Shown piece by piece: positions 9,165 through 16,973 of a stretch of DNA of 64,000 bases. The stretch is taken from NCBI GenBank assembly GCA_001003605.1, contig LCPL01000003.1, forward strand, positions 1,811 to 65,810, read 5' to 3'. Below the pieces are notes generated by a model that was not told where the DNA came from, ran no database searches, and saw only the letters and a program-made list of their open reading frames with translations. The stretch is from Parcubacteria group bacterium GW2011_GWC2_48_17. Its GTDB lineage: Bacteria > Patescibacteriota > Minisyncoccia > Phycocordibacterales > UBA10002. A program made the translations under genes and the position numbers. Numbering within the stretch: the first letter of the stretch is position 1; every line of letters starts with the position of its first letter.

Positions 9165-9336
9165 TCGCGGATTTTAGAGTTATATCCATTACAAATGATA
9201 ATCCCGATTCAACACATTTTTCCGCAGTATACAATTCATCGTCATTTAATTTTCTGCCAATTCTTTTAAGGGCATCATTTTGCAAATCCCCAATTGTTAT
9301 TGGGTAAATCACTTTCATATTTTCTCGAGTTTTCAT
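9136..9336 (-). CDS. Small hypothetical ORF, possibly the N-terminal fragment of a frameshifted gene
   Basis: 66-aa ORF overlapping both neighbours, with an ATGA overlap to the upstream REase gene. Confidence 0.3.
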   Translation of the reverse strand: MKTRENMKVIYPITIGDLQNDALKRIGRKLNDDELYTAEKCVESGLSFVMDITLKSAIEEAIDKNN

Positions 9337-10088
9337 ATTTTTATTTTTTTTATTATCCTTTTAAATCCTGAATTATACTCGACCAGCTTTTCCCAATTTA
9401 TTTTTCCATCGTCACAAAATTTCTGCGAAAATTCTAAAGTCAGTTTGTTTATTATTTGAGCATAATTCTCAGCGAATTCCTCATTTTTCTCTCTTGCTTC
9501 GTAACCAATCGGTTCAACGATATCTATGTATAATTTTTCATCCCCAGAAATAAGTTCCCAAAACTGTTGCCCGCATAATTTTAAATAACCACCCTTGTCC
9601 GGTTTATTGTCCTTACCAAAACAACACCCATTTACAGCAATGACTTTTTTGCCAGTTTTTGCCCGCATCAATTTTTTTGCATTTGCAAAATTAATTTTAA
9701 GCTGGCGGATTTGACTTGAATTGCCCCAGTTCCAGCCCGCTTTGATTTCAACAACATAAATTACTCCATCTTTTTCAAATTCTAGATCAATACCTGTTAA
9801 TTCTGATTTTTTTGCGCCATATACTTTGTCGCAAACAAAAATAGCCAGACCCTCGATAAAATCACCAAATAATGTTTCCTCTTGAGATTGCAAAAAAGCA
9901 TCCAAAAATCCCTTGATTAAATCCTGAGCCGTCAAAACATTCTTGGCTCTGAAAAGGTAGGGGTTTTTCTGTTTCAGAATCTTGAACAAATCAACTTTGT
10001 TTTGCACATAATCCAGCCTCCTTTGGTGAAAGATTGAAATGTGTTTCTCTACATATTTATAAATTTCTTGTAAGTTAAATTTTTTCAT
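9333..10088 (-). CDS. Putative Type II restriction endonuclease (PD-(D/E)xK)
   Basis: GIDLEFEKDG...YVVEIKAG matches the D-x(n)-E-x-K catalytic core. The gene overlaps the methyltransferase gene by ATGA. Confidence 0.55.
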   Translation of the reverse strand: MKKFNLQEIYKYVEKHISIFHQRRLDYVQNKVDLFKILKQKNPYLFRAKNVLTAQDLIKGFLDAFLQSQEETLFGDFIEGLAIFVCDKVYGAKKSELTGIDLEFEKDGVIYVVEIKAGWNWGNSSQIRQLKINFANAKKLMRAKTGKKVIAVNGCCFGKDNKPDKGGYLKLCGQQFWELISGDEKLYIDIVEPIGYEAREKNEEFAENYAQIINKLTLEFSQKFCDDGKINWEKLVEYNSGFKRIIKKIKI

Positions 10089-10933
10089 ACAGCGATTTTG
10101 TTATGGCTGAATATAGACGATTCTTTTTGCGCAACTTTTTCTTTAACCATCTCAACATACTCTGGAATTATATCAATACCAATAGAATTACGCCCCATTC
10201 TTTGTGATACTTCCGAAGTAGTGCCCGAACCCAGAAATGGATCTAAAACCCAATCATTTGGTTGGGTAAATAATTTGATAAACCATTCCGGCAATTCTTC
10301 TGGAAAAGTCGCACTATGGTTTTTGTTGTTACAAACGGTCGCGAATTGCAAAACATTGTTAGGATACACCATGCTCCGCTTCAACCAGTTAGAGATGTTT
10401 TTACCAAACCCGCTACCGCTTTTAGAATTATCTCGTATTTTGTCTGTCTCGCTCAAATTTTTCAGTCGACCATTCGCCCAATCACCAACTGGTACCATTA
10501 CCGCCTCTTGATACATATTAAAATCGCGCGCCTTGTTGAATTGCAATACTCGTTCCCATGAGTCGCGAAAACGATTTGGCCATTTACCAGGATAACTATT
10601 TTTTTTATGCCAGATAAATTCTTCCGTCCATAGCCACCCCTGTTTACGCAACGCTAAAATAAGCTCAAGCACATAAGTACTGCGCTCACCGTTCTCAGCT
10701 TTTTCCTTGATGTTTAGAATAAAGGTGCCTGTCGGTTTTAATACGCGTAATAATTGCTCGCTGACGGGTAAAAACCATTCAACATATTTTTCAGTGCTGA
10801 TACCGCCATAGGTATTTTTTCTTCTGTCCGCATAAGGCGGTGAAGTGACAATCAAATCAATCAAATTGTCATCAATTTCTTTAAGCACTTCACGCGAATC
10901 ACCAAGTAGTATTTTTGTTGTTATATTATGCAT
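10085..10933 (-). CDS. Beta-class N4-cytosine/N6-adenine DNA methyltransferase
   Basis: Motif IV TSPPY near the N-terminus, motif VIII HSATFPEELPEWFI, and motif I DPFLGSGTT at the C-terminus, the order seen in beta-class MTases. Confidence 0.85.
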   Translation of the reverse strand: MHNITTKILLGDSREVLKEIDDNLIDLIVTSPPYADRRKNTYGGISTEKYVEWFLPVSEQLLRVLKPTGTFILNIKEKAENGERSTYVLELILALRKQGWLWTEEFIWHKKNSYPGKWPNRFRDSWERVLQFNKARDFNMYQEAVMVPVGDWANGRLKNLSETDKIRDNSKSGSGFGKNISNWLKRSMVYPNNVLQFATVCNNKNHSATFPEELPEWFIKLFTQPNDWVLDPFLGSGTTSEVSQRMGRNSIGIDIIPEYVEMVKEKVAQKESSIFSHNKIAV

Positions 10934-11294
10934 AACTTCATTTTAACATTTTTGTGATTGTCTATAAAATACTCAACAAGTTGTGGAATATATTTCCCTT
11001 TGTACGGATGAAGCCGGCGTACATGCTTTGTGGTATCTTTCTCGCGTAAATTATCAAATGAAAGTGTCCAGTTTAAATCATTACCGAGATTTTTTTCCAA
11101 CTGATTTCGCGATTCCCGTTGTAGGATTCATAGTATTTCTTGAGATCACTCAAATCAACCAGAGTGGAACCGTTTTCGCCATGTTTTTTTACCTTGCCGT
11201 ATTGCACAAGGTAAGAAATGTTTGTCGGGGAGACCTCTTTTTCAAGATAATCGGTAGCCCACTTTGATGCTTCTGGTATTGACACTAAAGACAT
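10921..11294 (-). pseudogene. Frameshifted remnant of a second DNA methyltransferase
   Basis: A 73-aa ORF (11073-11294) is followed, in a frame shifted by one nt, by an open segment with an MTase motif-VIII-like HVRRLHPYKGKYIPQLVEYFI. There is no start codon and no motif I. It ends 13 nt inside the MTase gene. Confidence 0.45.
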
Positions 11295-11326
11295 AGGAAA
11301 ATTATAGCAAATTACTTTTGATTATG

Positions 11327-11650
11327 TTAGCAACACACTCCCTTCGGCACGGACAACAATATGATAGAATGACCGGACGAAACCATACTGTTCTTCTTTG
11401 TCTTCGCCTTTCTTCTCCCGAGCCTCCGCTTTTCCATTACTGACTTAAAAAACACGCGCGCATTCTTAAGAAAAAATGGAAAAGGAAAGCGGGGCGAGGG
11501 TGAGAAGCGAAACTTCCCGCTTCGCAAGACCTTGAGCGTTTTGTCTTCAAAATGCGAAAGGTGTACAGCTTCTGTAAGAAGACCGCCGGAGTCCCCCGAG
11601 TCGGCGAGGAGGGACGGAGGCGGGGAGCGCCGAGGCTCTGCGAGGCGCAA
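11327..11650. repeat. Diverged inverted-repeat segment (right flank of the RM island)
   Basis: Its reverse complement carries the same 18-mer and 9-mers as 8459-8740. The low-complexity ORF predicted here is not credible as coding. Confidence 0.6.
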
Positions 11651-11717
11651 AGGACTTCATTCTTCGGCTAGGTTTTGTTTGAAAAAGGTTCTAACTTGGT
11701 CGTATAATGCAGTCAAC

Positions 11718-11850
11718 GAGCTCAGGCGAAGTTGACACTGAGCATAGCAATGCGAAGTGTTCCCCTGTCTTCCGAGCTCAGGCGAAGTTGACACTGAGCA
11801 TAGCAATGCGAAGTGTGAGCATAGCAATGCGAAGTGTTCCCCTGTCTTTT
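11718..11850 (+). repeat. Tandem minisatellite: 56-bp unit duplicated, with a 21-bp subunit (gagcatagcaatgcgaagtgt) present 3 times
   Basis: Direct reading gives X-Y-Z-cc-X-Y-Y-Z, where X is gagctcaggcgaagttgacact, Y is gagcatagcaatgcgaagtgt and Z is tcccctgtctt. Confidence 0.9.
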
Positions 11851-11884
11851 GAGTGTGAGCGAGCGTAGAGAGTCAAAGGACTAT

Positions 11885-12133
11885 ATGTATTTTGTATATA
11901 TTATCGAATGTAGTGACGGTTCTCTCTACACGGGTATAACCACAAATGTAGAGCGTCGCTTTAATGAACATAAGAACAAAAGTGGTGGTCATTACACAAG
12001 CTCAAAGCAAGTAGTCAAAATTGTTTATACGGAAGGACATCCTAATAGGTCAGCAGCTCTGAAAAGAGAAGCAGAGATAAAGGGGTGGACGCGACAAAAG
12101 AAATTCGAATTAATACAGTTGAGACACTCTTGA
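11885..12133 (+). CDS. GIY-YIG nuclease-superfamily small protein
   Basis: MYFVYIIECSDGSLYTGITTNVERRFNEHK is a GIY-YIG (URI) domain signature. The start is taken at the MYFVY methionine rather than the upstream ATG inside the minisatellite. Confidence 0.75.
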   Translation: MYFVYIIECSDGSLYTGITTNVERRFNEHKNKSGGHYTSSKQVVKIVYTEGHPNRSAALKREAEIKGWTRQKKFELIQLRHS

Positions 12134-12257
12134 AATAGCTCATCGGATTCGACAAACTCACCACAGGTAGATTTATGAAAAGAGCGGAGAAAGGGAGATT
12201 TCTACAAATCGGATTGATTCGTCTATACCGATGGTATACTTGATTTATCAAAGAGTC

Positions 12258-12300
12258 CGCTGCCGGGTCGCCTGCCTGCGCAGGCAGGTTCAACTGGTCA
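12258..12300 (+). other. Partial duplicate of the tRNA-Gln 5' end, interrupted by an 18-bp perfect palindrome
   Basis: TGCCGGGTCG-[CCTGCCTGCGCAGGCAGG]-TTCAACTGG. The two flanking pieces equal nt 1-19 of the tRNA at 12556. Confidence 0.6.
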
Positions 12301-12306
12301 GAAACC

Positions 12307-12594
12307 ATGTATTCCGTTTATATTTTGAAAAGTGAGAAAAGACATTGGTATTATGTGGGCAGTACGGACAACATATATCGGCGGATAGGAGAGCACAATA
12401 GGAGTGAAGTTACTTCAACAAAACTTTGGCTACCACTCAGACTTGTATATATAAAGGAATTCCAATTAGAGATTGAAGCCCGGAGATTTGAAAAAAAGTT
12501 GAAACAATGTCGTCGGGAAAAAGAAGCCTTGATAAGAAGTATCGAAAAAGAACATTGCCGGGTCGTTCAACTGGCGAGGACGCTGCGGCTCTGA
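12307..12594 (+). CDS. GIY-YIG nuclease-superfamily small protein (second tandem copy)
   Basis: MYSVYILKSEKRHWYYVGSTDNIYRRIGEHN. The ORF's last 13 codons overlap the 5' half of the tRNA-Gln gene, with the stop TGA inside the anticodon loop. Confidence 0.7.
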   Translation: MYSVYILKSEKRHWYYVGSTDNIYRRIGEHNRSEVTSTKLWLPLRLVYIKEFQLEIEARRFEKKLKQCRREKEALIRSIEKEHCRVVQLARTLRL

Positions 12595-12628
12595 ACCGCA
12601 GTATCTAGGTTCAACTCCTAGCCCGGCA
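12556..12628 (+). tRNA. tRNA-Gln (anticodon CUG), second copy with a different sequence
   Basis: Acceptor stem TGCCGGG/CCCGGCA with U1:A72, anticodon stem TGCGG/CCGCA (plus a C26:G44 pair), anticodon loop CTCTGAA, T arm CTAGG-TTCAACT-CCTAG. No encoded CCA. Confidence 0.65.
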
Positions 12629-12720
12629 TCCGATGGAAGATCTCTTCGTCACCAGACGGATTAGACTCTCATCGTCCCGAGACTTTTGCGAGGGACATAA
12701 AAATAAATGGCATTGACCCC

Positions 12721-13578
12721 ATGCAATCATCCATTCGTATATTTCTGTTAATACTTGCTGGACTGCTTCCTGCGCCGGCTTTGTTTGCTCATGGAGGCGA
12801 ACTGCTCCTAACGCCAGAAGCGGTGGCGCAGGGCGAACCTTTCATGGTTACGCTTGCTGGCATCGACATTCGTGATGTCAAAAAACTCACTTGGGACGCC
12901 AGGAGGATTCCCGTATTTCTCTACAAGAGCAAGCTGACCGCGCTCGTCGGCGTTGACCTTTTGGCACGGGCAGGGAAGCATACACTCAAACTTACGACGC
13001 TGGACCTCGATGAAGTTGCAGCCACAGTGACAGTAAGGAAGCGCCCAAAGATTACCGCTCCGCTCGGTATTCCGGACAAACTGGGAGGGAATACGAGGGT
13101 CGCGCAAAATAGGCTGGTCACGACGCTTGTGGAAGACAACGCGATTCTGGCGAAAATAATCACCACACCCGTTCCGGCGTGGAGCGGTGCCTTCAGGTTT
13201 CCACTCAGGAATATAGAAATTATTGACGCGTATGGATATTCACGAAATACCGGCTCTTATTCCATTCCACACAAGGGTACGGATTTTCGAGCCGCCACCA
13301 GTACCGCTGTTCTCGCAATCAATGACGGTGTCGTGAGATTGGCGCGCGAATTTACGGTGTACGGAAAGACAGTCGCAATTGATCACGGGGGCGGGGTGGT
13401 GAGCTTATCGATGCATCTTTCCAAGATACAGGTGAAAGAGGGACAAAAGATAAAGCGGGGAGACAAAGTAGGCTTTTCAGGTGATACCGGTTACGCGCTC
13501 GGCCCCCACCTCCATCTTTCCGTCCGCATACATGGCGTATCCGTCGACCCGATTAAATTCTTCGCTCTATTTCGATAA
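12721..13578 (+). CDS. M23-family peptidase (LytM-like), secreted
   Basis: N-terminal signal peptide, then HKGTDF...DHGGG...GDTGYALGPHLHLSV, the M23 metal-binding motifs. Confidence 0.8.
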   Translation: MQSSIRIFLLILAGLLPAPALFAHGGELLLTPEAVAQGEPFMVTLAGIDIRDVKKLTWDARRIPVFLYKSKLTALVGVDLLARAGKHTLKLTTLDLDEVAATVTVRKRPKITAPLGIPDKLGGNTRVAQNRLVTTLVEDNAILAKIITTPVPAWSGAFRFPLRNIEIIDAYGYSRNTGSYSIPHKGTDFRAATSTAVLAINDGVVRLAREFTVYGKTVAIDHGGGVVSLSMHLSKIQVKEGQKIKRGDKVGFSGDTGYALGPHLHLSVRIHGVSVDPIKFFALFR

Positions 13579-13583
13579 CTTTT

Positions 13584-13742
13584 GTCATTCTCGCGCACGC
13601 TGGAATCCAACAAAAAGACACCGCTCTTAAAGAGCTGGGATGGCGCGTATTCCGCCTCACCGAAGAATATATTCTCGATAATCTCGACCAATGTATATCC
13701 CGCATTCTAAAAATTACAAATTCTTTGAGCAATTACCAATAA
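13584..13742 (+). pseudogene. C-terminal remnant of a DUF559-like endonuclease-domain gene
   Basis: The start-less frame translates to ...ALKELGWRVFRLTEEYILDNLDQCISRILKI*, which resembles the C-terminus of the DUF559 family. There is no upstream coding continuity. Confidence 0.4.
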
Positions 13743-13836
13743 AATTCTTATAAGCTAGTTCGCACGAATTAGCCTATAGCTATTGAAAAACACCTATGTT
13801 TAAACAAAGTGGGAAGCACTCAAGTGGAGTGCTTCC

Positions 13837-14112
13837 CTAGGAAGATTTAGGAGGCCTACGAGCTTCAGTGCCTGGCGGCGGAGTGCCGGTCAGCCTAAGG
13901 TTTGGTAATTTGAGTATCTCGAATTCTTTTGGGTCGCATCTTTGCGTGATGGTTTTGTCGCCGTTGAAAATGGCACCAAACATGTTATTTCCTACATCAA
14001 TCGCCCTAACTGTAGCGGTAGTGTTTTGACGACTGCCGCTTATCTTGATGACCCGCATACCAATTCGTAGTTCTTTCGTGTCTAACGTTTTCATAGTGCG
14101 TATTCCTCTCAT
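13837..14112 (-). CDS. Hypothetical small protein
   Basis: 91-aa ORF in an otherwise empty region. No recognisable motif. Confidence 0.35.
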   Translation of the reverse strand: MRGIRTMKTLDTKELRIGMRVIKISGSRQNTTATVRAIDVGNNMFGAIFNGDKTITQRCDPKEFEILKLPNLRLTGTPPPGTEARRPPKSS

Positions 14113-14280
14113 GAGCGGGCATAGCCCGAGTTTCTGTCTTTATTGTATGAGAGAGATTATTTTTGTAAAGGTGTCGTCGGCGGAGTTTTTTTTGGTCTGA
14201 TTAATTGCCTCATGTTTCAATCTTATGTTTCAATGCCAGCTTTCCACGCGTGGAGTTCGGTGTTGTATAATGGTGCGACT

Positions 14281-16062
14281 ATGACTCAAGATGAAGCTTT
14301 AAAAATACTCAAAACCGGGGCGAATGTGTTTCTCACAGGAGAACCGGGAAGCGGCAAGACGCATACAATAAACCAGTATGTTTCGTATCTAAACTTCTGC
14401 GGAATAGAACCGGCGGTTACCGCCTCAACTGGCATCGCCGCGACCCATATTAGCGGAATGACTATTCACTCGTGGTGCGGCATCGGCATTCGACACAAGC
14501 TTACGCCCTATGACCTTGATTCAATTGCAGGAAATAAAAAAGTTATTGCTCGGGTGTGGAACGCACGCGTTCTAATTATTGACGAGGTCTCGATGCTTTC
14601 GGCACAAACGCTCGCCATGGCCGACGCAATCTGCCGTGAAGTGCGCCGAAAAGAAGAACCGTTTGGAGGACTTCAAGTCGTTTTCGTAGGAGATTTTTTC
14701 CAGCTTCCGCCAATCTCTCGACAAGAAGAAAATAGAACGGAATCCCAAAAAGAAATGTTCGCGGCGACGCATTCGCAGACCGGCGGATACGCGGCTGATT
14801 TTGCGTTTGTTTCTTCTGTGTGGCAGAAAGCCGCCCCAATCGTCTGCTATCTTTCAGAACAACACCGTCAAGATGACAAGACATTCCTCGAATTTTTAGG
14901 CGCTGTGCGACGCGGGACGGTCGCGGAACGACACAAGGAGCTCCTCCGTACGCGTTACCGAAAAACCGCGGAGAATGGCACTACCCAGCTCTACTCTCAC
15001 AATGCGAACGTCGACCACATCAACACCACCGAGCTTTCAAAACTCCCCGGGGAGCCGAAAGTATTCGTCATGACCGGAAGAGGACCCGACCCTCTCACTG
15101 TTGCCTTAAAGCGCGGGTGTCTTTCGCCCGAAGTCCTTTCACTAAAGCTCGGCGCGCGAGTCATGTTCACGAAAAATGATATCGCGGGACGATTTATGAA
15201 CGGCACCACCGGCGTAATTGCTGGATTTTCCAAGGAAACCGGCACGCCAATCGTCAAAACAGGTTCAGGCCGTATGATTCTCGCCGAACCTCTCGAATGG
15301 AACATGCAGGACGGCGGCAGAATCTTAGCTCGTATCATACAAGTGCCGCTTCGGCTCGCGTGGGCAATAACGGTGCACAAGAGCCAGGGCATGTCGCTCG
15401 ATAGCGCGCACATGGACCTTTCTGGCGCGTTCGAGTACGGCCAAGGATATGTGGCGATATCGCGAGTTCGTACGCTCCAAGGATTGTCGCTCTCGGGCCT
15501 CAACGCGCGAGCGCTCGAAGTTCACCCAAAAGTATTCTCGCGGGACAAACACTTTCGCGCGGAGTCCGACGCGGCGCGCGAAAAATTCCAAACGATGGAC
15601 GAAAGAGAACTCGCGGAACTTCACAACAATTTTATTCGCGCGCTTGGCGGCAAACCCGGAGCAGAAAAGCCAGTCCATAAGAAAAAAGAGAAAGTTGAAA
15701 CGCTCTCTCTGACCAGAAGACTTGTTTCCCGAAAACTCTCTCTTGCCGAAATGGCAAAGGAGCGAAGTATAACTATCGGTACCGTCATTCACCACCTCGA
15801 ACAACTTACCGCGAAAGGCGCTTTAAACCCAGAACACGACCTTATGCATCTCTCGCCCGACCCCGACCGATTCGCTAAGATAGAAAAAGCTTTCAAGAAA
15901 ATCAGTACCCAAGCCACGAGAGGGGAGCAGGATACGTTTTGCGACTCTTCCGGTCTCATCAAGCTGTCTCCTGTGCGCTCACTCCTCGATGACTCGTATT
16001 CGTTCGATGAACTCCGCCTCGCCCGTCTTTTCCTCCACTCCGTTTCCAAGGAGGAAAAATAG
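14281..16062 (+). CDS. PIF1/RecD-like 5'-3' DNA helicase with a C-terminal HTH region
   Basis: Walker A GEPGSGKTH and Walker B LIIDEVSML, followed by a UvrD_C_2-like segment (ITVHKSQGMS). Start taken at MTQDEAL. Confidence 0.75.
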   Translation: MTQDEALKILKTGANVFLTGEPGSGKTHTINQYVSYLNFCGIEPAVTASTGIAATHISGMTIHSWCGIGIRHKLTPYDLDSIAGNKKVIARVWNARVLIIDEVSMLSAQTLAMADAICREVRRKEEPFGGLQVVFVGDFFQLPPISRQEENRTESQKEMFAATHSQTGGYAADFAFVSSVWQKAAPIVCYLSEQHRQDDKTFLEFLGAVRRGTVAERHKELLRTRYRKTAENGTTQLYSHNANVDHINTTELSKLPGEPKVFVMTGRGPDPLTVALKRGCLSPEVLSLKLGARVMFTKNDIAGRFMNGTTGVIAGFSKETGTPIVKTGSGRMILAEPLEWNMQDGGRILARIIQVPLRLAWAITVHKSQGMSLDSAHMDLSGAFEYGQGYVAISRVRTLQGLSLSGLNARALEVHPKVFSRDKHFRAESDAAREKFQTMDERELAELHNNFIRALGGKPGAEKPVHKKKEKVETLSLTRRLVSRKLSLAEMAKERSITIGTVIHHLEQLTAKGALNPEHDLMHLSPDPDRFAKIEKAFKKISTQATRGEQDTFCDSSGLIKLSPVRSLLDDSYSFDELRLARLFLHSVSKEEK

Positions 16063-16197
16063 TAGCGAATAGTATTTTTTCATAAATCGTAAATCATAAA
16101 TCCTTTCTCCAATTCATAATTCCTACCTCATACTCCATATTTTATATTCCGTCTTTTTAGTGTAGACTGTGTTTCGACTACTACTAACTTCAAATAT

Positions 16198-16821
16198 ATG
16201 GGAGATTTTAAGAAATATGGCGGAAATAAACAGAGAGGAGGCAATACCTTCAACCGTGGTCCGGGCGGGAGACCAAGCTTCGGTGGCGGCAAGCCGGACT
16301 TTAGGAGTGGCGACCGTGGCGAACGCGCCGGAGGTCCTGAGGGAACTCGAAGGGAAATGTTCAAGGCCGTCTGCGCCGAGTGCGGCAAACCGTGCGAGGT
16401 CCCGTTCCGACCGAGCGGCGATAGGCCCGTTTATTGCAAAGATTGCTTTCAGGCGATGGGTGGACCAGCCGCGCAGAATCGCGGCGACCGGGACGATCGA
16501 GGCGGTCGCGGTTCGCGCGGGCCATCACCGCAGAACTCTCAGAAAAGAGATTTCACTCCGCGACCTTCCTATACTCTGCCACAGCAGGGAAGCGGAGAAG
16601 ATAAACGTCTTGATGATCTGAAGATCCAACTTGCAACCGCGATTTCCAAACTCGACAAGCTCATTAACATCTTGGGGAACACGGCACATTCCGCTCCGAA
16701 GGCGGCGCAAGCGAACACCAAAACCTTGCATGATACGCTCGCCAGTATCGCCACCACCGCGTCAAAAAAAGAAACCGCAAAAGCTAAAACTCCCAAAAGG
16801 AAACCCGCCAAAAAGAAATAA
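16198..16821 (+). CDS. CxxC-x17-CxxC zinc-ribbon domain protein with a G/R-rich N-terminus
   Basis: CAECGKPCEVPFRPSGDRPVYCKDCF with a Gly/Arg-rich low-complexity N-terminus, a family common in CPR genomes. Confidence 0.65.
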   Translation: MGDFKKYGGNKQRGGNTFNRGPGGRPSFGGGKPDFRSGDRGERAGGPEGTRREMFKAVCAECGKPCEVPFRPSGDRPVYCKDCFQAMGGPAAQNRGDRDDRGGRGSRGPSPQNSQKRDFTPRPSYTLPQQGSGEDKRLDDLKIQLATAISKLDKLINILGNTAHSAPKAAQANTKTLHDTLASIATTASKKETAKAKTPKRKPAKKK

Positions 16822-16973
16822 TTTCTTCCTCTCTGTTTTCCAAAATTCAATGGTCGTGTCCTCTGCCGACAGGCGGAGTAATCGTTGATCTCCTTGCTTT
16901 CAAGAATTCCCCCCCATCGTTTCGGGTGACAATGTGATTGCGTTCCAGTCGAAGTGGGCATACAGTAATCAGT

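Noticed and set aside
11327-11650. 107-aa ORF on the - strand
   Set aside because: Proline/arginine low-complexity translation. The segment is a diverged copy of the 8459-8740 repeat, so it is treated as non-coding repeat sequence.
12556-12628. Possibility that the second tRNA-Gln is a mis-called hairpin because a protein ORF overlaps it
   Set aside because: Retained as a tRNA because the acceptor stem (7/7 Watson-Crick), T arm (5/5, TTCAACT loop), U33 and A37 are all canonical. Flagged at lower confidence because the D/anticodon junction has one extra nucleotide.
16198-16821. G/R-rich N-terminus of the CxxC protein as a non-coding GC-rich repeat
   Set aside because: Reading frame is continuous into the conserved CxxC-x17-CxxC domain. 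Such RGG-like heads are typical for this family.
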